Source: Candidatus Saccharimonadales bacterium
GTDB taxonomy: Bacteria; Patescibacteriota; Saccharimonadia; Saccharimonadales; EFPC-124
NCBI GenBank assembly: GCA_035457485.1
Contig: DATIBO010000006.1
Location: 94,134 to 158,133, forward strand
Length of the DNA stretch: 64,000 nt
Direction: 5' to 3'
Made by a program: the position numbers and the translations under genes. Position 1 is the first letter of the stretch; each line of letters starts with the position of its first letter. Shown here in pieces: positions 9,980-17,865 of the stretch. The notes under the pieces are model-generated. The model saw nothing but the letters and a program-made list of their open reading frames with translations, was not told the DNA's origin and did no database searches.

Positions 9980-11008
9980 ATGAACCGGACTTGTTTATCG
10001 CCCCCCAGCGCGCATATACTAAATGTAATGACTAACTGGCAACCTGGTATTCCGGATCAAAAATGGGATGATCAATTATTTAAAAGCGGTGGCGCCTTTA
10101 CGCAAAGCAGCCATTGGGCGGCTGTGCAGGCTGCGCTCGGCAAAAAAACTTTTTATGCAAAAGGTGCCGGATGGCAATGCTTAGCGATTTTAGAACAAGG
10201 TCAGCTTGGCAACCGGATTTACTGCCCTTATGGCCCTCAGGTTTCCTCCCGCTCAGGTTTTGACTTAGCGCTTAGTGCCCTTAAACACTTATCTAAACAA
10301 GAAGAAGTTAGCTATTTTCGTGTAGAGCCCGTTGGAAATCTCACAACTAAACAATTACAGGTCCGGGGATTAAAGCGAGCGCCTAAAGATATACAGCCTC
10401 ACTACACCTGGGTTAAAGATTTAACCAGATCAACTGACGAGCTACTAAGTGAAATGACCAGCACCAACCGTAACTTGTACAACACGGCCGCAAAAAAAGG
10501 TCTAAAATTTAAGCAAAGCAGCTCGGCTGGCGACTTGCCAATATTTTTAGATATGATTCACGAGGTGGCAAAATTAACTGGGATCACCCCGCACAGCGAC
10601 AAAGTATTTCAGGCGATTGCAAGCACTCTGTTGCAGCGCGGTGCAGCTAAGATTTACATCGCCACACACAAAAATGAGCCAGTTGCCAGCGCTTTAGTCT
10701 ACGACAGCCCGACCACGCGTTATTACGCTCATGCCGCCAGCTACCGCGAAGCACGCAAGCTACACCCCGGTAGCCCGCTACTCAGTACCATGATTTTCGA
10801 CGCAAAACAAAACGGCCAGGCCAATTTTGACTTTTTTGGAATCGCTCCACCCAACGAAAAAAACCACAAATGGTCAGGCTTCACGCATTTTAAACAATCT
10901 TTCGGTGGACATATGCGGGAATTTTTGGGAACCTGGGAACTTCCGACTAAACCGCTACACTACGTAGCATATCGCCTAGCGCATAAAGCTAAAGGTTTGT
11001 TAAAATAA
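9980..11008 (+). CDS. FemAB-family (FemX-like) peptidoglycan peptide-bridge aminoacyltransferase, paralog 1
   Basis: ~340 aa, two GNAT-like halves pattern typical of FemABX (aminoacyl-tRNA-dependent) proteins; tandem with paralog 2, 1-nt overlap TAATG. Confidence 0.5.
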   Translation: MNRTCLSPPSAHILNVMTNWQPGIPDQKWDDQLFKSGGAFTQSSHWAAVQAALGKKTFYAKGAGWQCLAILEQGQLGNRIYCPYGPQVSSRSGFDLALSALKHLSKQEEVSYFRVEPVGNLTTKQLQVRGLKRAPKDIQPHYTWVKDLTRSTDELLSEMTSTNRNLYNTAAKKGLKFKQSSSAGDLPIFLDMIHEVAKLTGITPHSDKVFQAIASTLLQRGAAKIYIATHKNEPVASALVYDSPTTRYYAHAASYREARKLHPGSPLLSTMIFDAKQNGQANFDFFGIAPPNEKNHKWSGFTHFKQSFGGHMREFLGTWELPTKPLHYVAYRLAHKAKGLLK

Positions 11009-12036
11009 TGCGTTTTGCTCAAGTTCACGAGTTAGAACACTGGGATGAACTAATTATAGAATCTCCTAACGGCGGTGATGTGTTTCAAACAAAAGCGTTC
11101 GCACAAATCAAACAGTCGCAAGGTTGGATGCCACAATATGTCATTTATGACGTTAAAAACATTGCTTGCCTTTACTTAAGTCGTAAGGTTCCCTTAATTG
11201 GTGAACTTTGGTATTCACCCAAAGGCCCTGGCGCAACAAATGTCACAGACTTTGAGCAAATTTTAAAAGAGAACCAGGAATTTGCTCAAGACAAAAAAAT
11301 TTTTGCTTTTAAAATGGAGCCCGAGATTTTGCAGACAGATGGTTATCCAAAAGATTTACACAAAGTCCATAATATTCAACCTAACGCCAGCACCGTAATT
11401 ATCGATTTATCACCTAACGAAGCTGCTATTTTGGCTACATTCAGGCAACGTGCGCGTCGCGCAATTAGGCAAGCCGAAGCCGCAGGCGTAACGGCCGAAC
11501 CAGTCACCCCAACGCAAGAAAACTTTGAACAAATGTACAAACTTTACAAAGGCACCGGCGAACGAGCTGGGTTCCACGTACGTGACTTCAACTATCACAG
11601 ATCGTTATGGCAAAAATGGATCGACGCCCATCAAGGTCAACTATTTTTTGCATACCACAATAAACAAGTTATTGCCGGCGTTTTTATAGCTTTAATTGGC
11701 AAAAAAGGACTCTACAAAGACGGGGCATCGGATCGCGACGCACTAAAAAGTGGCGCTGCTCATTTATTACAGTGGCGAGTTATGCAGTGGTTAAAATCAA
11801 GGGGCGTAACTAAGTACGACCTCCACGGCACTCCCCCGGCCGATCAGCTAGAAAACACCCAGCACAAGTTTTATGGATTAGGACTTTTTAAAACATCCTT
11901 TAGCAATAGTTTGACCGAATTTGTCGGAACCCTCGATCAGCCAATCAATCAAAATGCCTACAAAGCCTGGTGCAAGCTTGGGGAGCGAGCCAGTCAAAGC
12001 CTAGAATACAGATTTAAAAATAGAACTTTTTACTAA
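11008..12036 (+). CDS. FemAB-family (FemX-like) aminoacyltransferase, paralog 2
   Basis: Same length (342 aa) and architecture as upstream paralog; pattern WYSPKGPG..., KYDLHGTPP similar to FemX family. Confidence 0.5.
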   Translation: MRFAQVHELEHWDELIIESPNGGDVFQTKAFAQIKQSQGWMPQYVIYDVKNIACLYLSRKVPLIGELWYSPKGPGATNVTDFEQILKENQEFAQDKKIFAFKMEPEILQTDGYPKDLHKVHNIQPNASTVIIDLSPNEAAILATFRQRARRAIRQAEAAGVTAEPVTPTQENFEQMYKLYKGTGERAGFHVRDFNYHRSLWQKWIDAHQGQLFFAYHNKQVIAGVFIALIGKKGLYKDGASDRDALKSGAAHLLQWRVMQWLKSRGVTKYDLHGTPPADQLENTQHKFYGLGLFKTSFSNSLTEFVGTLDQPINQNAYKAWCKLGERASQSLEYRFKNRTFY

Positions 12037-12060
12037 TTTACTGTTAGAATAACCTTCACC

Positions 12061-12948
12061 ATGAGTCCCGAGCGTTCCGAAAACCAGGAAGTTTTTACTG
12101 GAATCGATTTCTTTGCCACCGGTTTTACCGAAATTGCCCAACAACCACACCTAGGTAAAAATGCCAGCGGCCCACACACCGAAGTTATTAGGTCTGTTTT
12201 GAATAAAATTCAAGAAGAGCTCACTCAAATTGACGATCGGCTCGATCCTGGATTTCTTACAAGTCAGGATTATTTTACACCGGACATGCGCGCCTTAAGC
12301 GACACTTTGGCGCTACATAAGCGCGCACAAACATCTGACCTCGCCGGACACAAAGACACGAGTTTAGCGCATGTTTTTAACGAGGCAATTTGGCCTGATT
12401 TACAAAATCAACATATTGATTCGCACCTCCTAGCCGAACCGCCATTTGCCACAATGCGCGGCTTAAATATGCTGTACGATGGAATTGTTGGGATTCGTTC
12501 GTGTGCCAACGCATGCTTTAGGATGGTTTTTGCGGGAGTAACTGGCACGATGCCCGCAGCCCGCAGCGTTGCCTACGGTGCTACACAGGTTTTTGGCGAT
12601 CCCGTGATTGAAAATCATCAGTACTTAAACTTTTTTCACAGCACCGCTTTTAAAAAGTTTTACAAAAAGCGCGTCGCTACTGTTGATATTTTAGGATCAG
12701 ACTTTAGCACCATCGCTAACTTAGCACAGATCGCAAACAAACACGCCGCTAAGTTGTTTTGTATATTGCCTCTAAAATCAACAAACTCCAGCTTAGCTAA
12801 ACATCAGGTAATTTTAACTGGCGTTGCCCAAGATGAAGTTATGTTTACCGATCCGCTAAGCGGTCACAAAAATTTTGCACCAAAACAGCAATTTGCAGAA
12901 CGCTGGGCCCAAGCGCTGAATCAGGCCTTAATTGTGATTGCTTTTTAA
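12061..12948 (+). CDS. hypothetical protein, possible papain-fold C39-like cysteine peptidase
   Basis: Cys in IRSCANACFRMV and downstream His...Asp (HQVILTGVAQDEVMFTDP) resemble the Cys/His/Asp arrangement and the H-x-v-v-l...v-DP motif of peptidase C39 family; weak, motif-level only. Confidence 0.3.
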   Translation: MSPERSENQEVFTGIDFFATGFTEIAQQPHLGKNASGPHTEVIRSVLNKIQEELTQIDDRLDPGFLTSQDYFTPDMRALSDTLALHKRAQTSDLAGHKDTSLAHVFNEAIWPDLQNQHIDSHLLAEPPFATMRGLNMLYDGIVGIRSCANACFRMVFAGVTGTMPAARSVAYGATQVFGDPVIENHQYLNFFHSTAFKKFYKKRVATVDILGSDFSTIANLAQIANKHAAKLFCILPLKSTNSSLAKHQVILTGVAQDEVMFTDPLSGHKNFAPKQQFAERWAQALNQALIVIAF

Positions 12949-13064
12949 GTATTGAAGCCAACAGCGATCAAGCCGAAGCCCACGATAAAACTCCAGGTCA
13001 AAAAAAGCGTGACACTAGAGCGCGCGAATTAGCACGGCGCATTTTTAACAAACTCAGGCGAAAA

Positions 13065-14360
13065 TCACCGCCCAAGCTTAGCTAACTCTTCCTTCACAAC
13101 CCTGCGGTCATCCCAGTCGATTTTGCCTTCACCCATTCCACGGTAATCTTGATTTCCTAACCCCGGAATCAGCACAATGTCACCCGTTTTGGCCATTTTT
13201 AGCGCTGTCGCAATAGCTTCACGTCGCTCAATAACCTCTTTAAAGTCGATTTTCTTATTAGAGCTTTCTATTCCGCGTCTTATCATTGACCGGATCTTTT
13301 CGGAATCCTCGGTGTAATTTTCGAGTTCCGTTAGAATCACTACGTCAGAATTTTCGGCACATAACTTGCCAATTGGTTCACGTTTGCTTGCGTCACGATC
13401 ACCATCGCAACCAATCACGGTAATCAATCGCTTACCACCTAACCTTTTAACCTCACCAAAGAGTTTTTTAAGCGCGTCGGTTGTATGTGCGTGATCAATT
13501 AATACACTAAAGCCCTGACCTTCGTCGATAAATTGCATGCGGCCAGGAACATTTATCAATGCATTAAAACCCGTCTGGATCGCCTGATCATCCGCATCAT
13601 AAAACCTCGCAACCGTGATAGCCGCCATCGCGTTATAAACATTAAAAAGCCCAGTTAAATGCATTTTGAACTTCGATTTCTTTTCGTCTGTTTCTAAAAC
13701 AAATTCAGCACCTTTCGGATCCAACTTAACGGCAGTCAATTTAGTGTCGGCTAAATCTGCTTTGCCGTAGGTCAAAACGCGCGCGCGACTGGCGCTTTCA
13801 AAAGTATGAAAATATGCGTCGTCGATGTTTAGAACGCTCAGTTTTTTTGCGCGTTTAAATAGCATAGCTTTTGCGGCAGCGTAGTTTTCCATTGTGCCAT
13901 GATAGTCTAGATGGTCTTGAGTCAAGTTGGTCATCACAGCGACATCTACGGGGATTCCCCATACCCGGCCCTGAGTTAGTGCGTGACTGCTGACCTCTAA
14001 AACTAGAGTGTCACAGCCCGCAGCTTTGATCTGGCCAATTAAACTTTGCAGCTTCATACCGCCGGCAGTCGTTAAATGAGTGTCATTTTCATTGATCTCA
14101 CCACCCAAACTGGTTGTAGCTGTGCTCAGCAAGCCAACTTTATAACCGGTAGCAGTTAAAAGCGCAGCAATCATATTGCAAGTTGTAGTTTTACCGTTAG
14201 TCCCAGTTACAGCGATTACATTCATCCCCCATGATGGAAATCCGTGACGAACATTTGCTGCCATTGCTTCCGCATGATGTCGAGGAATCATAACTCTGTT
14301 ATATAAATTTTCTTCTACGTGCGCTCGCGCCCACCTTTTTACCGGTCCAAATGGGTTCAT
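13065..14360 (-). CDS. Mur ligase family protein, MurE-like, lacking the N-terminal UDP-substrate-binding domain
   Basis: P-loop VIAVTGTNGKTTT at residue ~50 (not ~110 as in MurE); DHAHTTDAL (cf. MurE DYAHTPDAL); C-terminal VIGCDGDRD...DVVILTELENYTED MurE-like. Confidence 0.65.
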   Translation of the reverse strand: MNPFGPVKRWARAHVEENLYNRVMIPRHHAEAMAANVRHGFPSWGMNVIAVTGTNGKTTTCNMIAALLTATGYKVGLLSTATTSLGGEINENDTHLTTAGGMKLQSLIGQIKAAGCDTLVLEVSSHALTQGRVWGIPVDVAVMTNLTQDHLDYHGTMENYAAAKAMLFKRAKKLSVLNIDDAYFHTFESASRARVLTYGKADLADTKLTAVKLDPKGAEFVLETDEKKSKFKMHLTGLFNVYNAMAAITVARFYDADDQAIQTGFNALINVPGRMQFIDEGQGFSVLIDHAHTTDALKKLFGEVKRLGGKRLITVIGCDGDRDASKREPIGKLCAENSDVVILTELENYTEDSEKIRSMIRRGIESSNKKIDFKEVIERREAIATALKMAKTGDIVLIPGLGNQDYRGMGEGKIDWDDRRVVKEELAKLGR

Positions 14361-15583
14361 AATAAATCCTCAAAAACTTTTTTATCACTCCACTTTTTGC
14401 GCTTTTCGCCGTGTTGACGGTATTGGCGTGCACTGTAACCACAAACAACAATAATGTCGCCACGACGTGCAATGTTGATCGCTTTTTCTAGCGCCTCTGC
14501 TCGATCTGGGACTTCTTCAATACTAGCATCGCCAGCAGATCGGCTTGCTCCCTCGAGTAATTGCGCCCTGACAGATTCCGGGGCCTCCGTTGACAAATAA
14601 TCACCGTCAGTAACAATTACGCGACCAGAGTGACTCGCCGCCACTTCGCCAACTGCACCACGCCAAGATGTTGGTTGCCCCAAGGACGCGCTTAAAACTG
14701 TGATTATTCGATTTTTGGCAAAGTGCTTAATACTTTCTAAAACTTCGTTGACCCCGCTTGGAGAAACTGAACTATCGAGGACTATCTGGTAAGGTCGTTC
14801 TGTTACAACATATTCCGCCGCGCCAGGCTGAACCGCAAGCTTAAAGACGCCCTCTTCAATTGTTTCCAGCGGAGCATGAATCATATATGCTGCGGCTGCA
14901 GCCGCCGTTAAGCTGTAGATTGCCTGCTTAGTCGTAAGTTTGCATGTTAATGAAATTCGGGTCTGTGTATCAAAGCTCAAATTAATCTCGCAACCTTTAG
15001 GGTGCATTTTAACGCCTTCGATTCGAGCCTCTGCTCGATCACTTGTCCCGTAACTTAATACTTTTTCTGACCCAACATGCTTAGCGATCTCGTTGTAACC
15101 GCTGTCGTCACTTGGCAAAATTATGTTGCCACTGACCTTTCCAGCTAATTGTCGCAGCTGCTCAATATTTGCTGCGAGCGCAACTTGGTCAAGATGCTCA
15201 TCGGTGATTCTCCTAACAACCAAGGTTGAAATCGGTAAGGACGTAAAACCATGATCTGGTAAAAATTGCGGCAGCTGCAAAATTGCAAAATTACATTTTG
15301 CGCGTTTAATTTGAGCTAAAAGTTCCTGCAGCCTAAATGCATCTTCAATTGGCTGGGCCTGGTCACTGCCGCTCGCTCGTTCGTTTGCGATCTCAACGTA
15401 GTCAGCGCTAATCACACCAACTCGTTCACCGGAAGTTTTTAAAATTTCGGTCAAAGCCGCGATGGTAACGTCGGCTCCATCTACCCCATACACACCAATG
15501 ACGTGTAGTTTTTTCCCAGGCATCCCATGACGTAAAGCCGCAGCATGAGCACTGATTTTAGAAGTAAGCTTATTTGGCGACAC
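14357..15583 (-). CDS. Mur ligase family paralog with degenerate ATP-binding motifs (probable non-catalytic MurE-like protein)
   Basis: P-loop position reads IGVYGVDGADVT (GTNGKTT degraded); DYAH motif replaced by DSSVSPSG; C-terminal ITVLSASLGQ...RVIVTDGDYLSTEAPE retains MurE-like pattern; ATGA overlap with downstream ligase. Confidence 0.5.
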   Translation of the reverse strand: MSPNKLTSKISAHAAALRHGMPGKKLHVIGVYGVDGADVTIAALTEILKTSGERVGVISADYVEIANERASGSDQAQPIEDAFRLQELLAQIKRAKCNFAILQLPQFLPDHGFTSLPISTLVVRRITDEHLDQVALAANIEQLRQLAGKVSGNIILPSDDSGYNEIAKHVGSEKVLSYGTSDRAEARIEGVKMHPKGCEINLSFDTQTRISLTCKLTTKQAIYSLTAAAAAAYMIHAPLETIEEGVFKLAVQPGAAEYVVTERPYQIVLDSSVSPSGVNEVLESIKHFAKNRIITVLSASLGQPTSWRGAVGEVAASHSGRVIVTDGDYLSTEAPESVRAQLLEGASRSAGDASIEEVPDRAEALEKAINIARRGDIIVVCGYSARQYRQHGEKRKKWSDKKVFEDLL

Positions 15584-15709
15584 CCCGAGACCCCGTTTAC
15601 ATACATCTATAATAGCAAATTCAACTAACGTATATGAAATTAAAGCATAAGTATATTGACTTCTGCAATTTTATGTGGTTAAAATAAGAACAGTAAAAGG
15701 CAAACAAAT

Positions 15710-16261
15710 ATGTCAACACTCGAAAAACCAGGGTATAACCCAAATTCACAAAAACAACCTAAAAGAAAGGGCTTAGGCGCGCGTTTCATGGGAATGTTCG
15801 GCGGGCCAAGAACCAATGAAGGTCCACAGCCTACCGACGAAGAATTATATGGTCCAACTCCTGAGCATTTAAAAACTGATGCAGAACGAGCGAAGGACGC
15901 GAAAGATGCAGAAGTAAGAGACTTGCACGCGGAAGGGACAGCCAAAAGAGTCACAGAAACTTATCAAAATCCAAGAAGCTGGTACAACAGGGGTATTGAT
16001 AGCGCTAATGAATACAAAAAACTGGCTGTTGATGCCACTTACGAAGGAGACATCAACAAAGCCGTGGATTACACTAAAACCATGCGCGAACATCAAAACC
16101 AGGCTATTAAAGAAGTGGAAAACCAGATGGATAGCCCATACAGCACTGGTCACTCTCAAGTTGGCAAGCAAGAAGTTATGGATAAATTACATGAACACGC
16201 GCTAAAGCAAGCCGAACAAGAGGGCGTCGACATTAAAACACCAGACGACAGCGAAAAATAA
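15710..16261 (+). CDS. hypothetical K/E-rich protein
   Basis: ORF preceded by plausible sigma70-like promoter (TTGACT-17-TTAAAAT) and followed by intrinsic terminator; no domain recognised. Confidence 0.4.
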   Translation: MSTLEKPGYNPNSQKQPKRKGLGARFMGMFGGPRTNEGPQPTDEELYGPTPEHLKTDAERAKDAKDAEVRDLHAEGTAKRVTETYQNPRSWYNRGIDSANEYKKLAVDATYEGDINKAVDYTKTMREHQNQAIKEVENQMDSPYSTGHSQVGKQEVMDKLHEHALKQAEQEGVDIKTPDDSEK

Positions 16262-16266
16262 AGCAA

Positions 16267-16292
16267 ACTCCGGAGCAATCCGGAGTTTTTAA
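16267..16292 (+). terminator. rho-independent terminator (ACTCCGG-AGCAAT-CCGGAGT + TTTTT)
   Basis: Perfect 7-bp stem followed by T5 immediately after stop of 15710..16261. Confidence 0.6.
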
Positions 16293-16330
16293 TCTTGCAC
16301 TTCCACCCCCGTTTAGGCTAATCTTAGTGC

Positions 16331-17359
16331 ATGACTATTTTAGGTATCGAATCCAGCTGCGACGAGACGGCAGCCGCCGTTGTTAAAGACGGTTCTATTT
16401 TGCTTAGTAATATTGTACAAAGTCAGATCGATATCCATAAAATGTACGGTGGCGTTGTGCCAGAGGTTGCAGCACGCAGCCATATTGAAGTTATTCTGCC
16501 GGTGATCGATCAGGCCTTGTCGGCTGCTAAAACTACCTGGGACGACATCGATGCAATCGCTGTAACCTACGCTCCAGGCTTGATTGGGTCCCTTTTAATT
16601 GGATCCCTCGCGGCCCGCACATTAGCCCTACTTAAAAACAAGCCGCTTTACGCAATTCATCACGTTGAGGCTCATGTTTACGCAAACTTCTTGGTTAATC
16701 CACAGCCTAAACTACCCACATTAGCCCTTATCGTTAGTGGCGGTCATAGCCAACTTGTTTTATTTAACGACCATAAAGACTACAAACTGCTTGGCCAAAC
16801 ACAAGACGACGCCGTCGGCGAAGCTTTTGATAAAGTCGCTAAAATTATAGGCCTCCCCTACCCTGGCGGTCCATCAATTGCAAAAGCAGCCGAACTTGGC
16901 AATGCACTTGCCTATAAACTACCCAAGGCCCGCTTAAGTGGCAAATATGATTTTAGTTTTAGCGGCCTTAAAACAGCTACGCTGAGACTTGTACAGCAAA
17001 TGTGTGGTGTTGATCACAATTTCCCTTCAAGCCAACTTGCAGGCCTTTTAAACGATTCTCAGCGTAACGATATTGCCGCTAGCTTTCAGCGTGCTGCAGT
17101 CGAGACATTAGTCGATAAGACTCTTCTAGCTTTTAAAGATTACTCCCCTGCCTCGGTTGTGATTGCAGGTGGCGTTGCCTCTAGTGCTGCCCTGCGAAAA
17201 GAACTCTCCGACCGCCTACCGATCGAGATTAACTACCCAGCACCAAACCTTTGTACCGACAATGCAGCAATGATTGCAACGCTCGCTTTTTATCAAGCGC
17301 AAAAGCAAAAACCTGCAGATCCATTAGAGCTGCAGGTTGTACCAAGTTTAAGTATGTAA
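16331..17359 (+). CDS. tsaD: tRNA N6-adenosine threonylcarbamoyltransferase TsaD (Kae1/Gcp family)
   Basis: MTILGIESSCDETAAAVV start, HxxH metal motif HHVEAHVYA, full-length 342 aa. Confidence 0.92.
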   Translation: MTILGIESSCDETAAAVVKDGSILLSNIVQSQIDIHKMYGGVVPEVAARSHIEVILPVIDQALSAAKTTWDDIDAIAVTYAPGLIGSLLIGSLAARTLALLKNKPLYAIHHVEAHVYANFLVNPQPKLPTLALIVSGGHSQLVLFNDHKDYKLLGQTQDDAVGEAFDKVAKIIGLPYPGGPSIAKAAELGNALAYKLPKARLSGKYDFSFSGLKTATLRLVQQMCGVDHNFPSSQLAGLLNDSQRNDIAASFQRAAVETLVDKTLLAFKDYSPASVVIAGGVASSAALRKELSDRLPIEINYPAPNLCTDNAAMIATLAFYQAQKQKPADPLELQVVPSLSM

Positions 17360-17364
17360 AGCTA

Positions 17365-17688
17365 CTACTGGCTGATGCCACGTGCAATCTGATAAATCTT
17401 AAATGCACTGTCAAAGTACGGCTTCGCATCACCTCTTGCGCAGGTAAAGTCTCGCAATGCCTGAATACTTTCTTCAGAGTTCTCGTATAAATAATTACTG
17501 CCGTCGCTGCAGTATTTTGCTACGCCATTTTCGATCTGAACTGCATCAAGTGCGTTCGTAAAGAACATCGTAAAGAACAATACAATAAACGCAATGTTAA
17601 GAACTACCGATGCGGAAATCATTAAGTTCTTCCATGACATTTGCCATTTTCCGCTGCCGGCTGGTTTTTTTGTAACTTTATTAGCCAT
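17365..17688 (-). CDS. hypothetical small membrane-anchored protein
   Basis: Basic N-terminus followed by one TM helix (ISASVVLNIAFIVLFFTMFF) and ~60-aa extracytoplasmic tail with two Cys. Confidence 0.35.
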   Translation of the reverse strand: MANKVTKKPAGSGKWQMSWKNLMISASVVLNIAFIVLFFTMFFTNALDAVQIENGVAKYCSDGSNYLYENSEESIQALRDFTCARGDAKPYFDSAFKIYQIARGISQ

Positions 17689-17865
17689 ATACCACTCCCT
17701 TTTGATTTTAATATATCATGCTTTTGCTTTTGTTTTAACATTTTACGTGCCTGCTCGAAGCTGTGATATACTTACAAGCGTAAAACAAAAAGGTGAGGAA
17801 GTTCTATTTTTGTTCTAACCTGGAGGTGAAACTATCTGGTATAGTTTCATGTGAATTTTTTTATT

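Noticed and set aside
17851-17865. GTG start of valS at 17851 and TTG start of pilin 6 at 30929 used by the ORF track
   Set aside because: In both cases a downstream ATG gives an N-terminus that matches the protein family. For ValRS this is MKLAKTYEP; for the pilin it is a signal peptide beginning MSFKRPILF. The upstream extensions encode no conserved residues.
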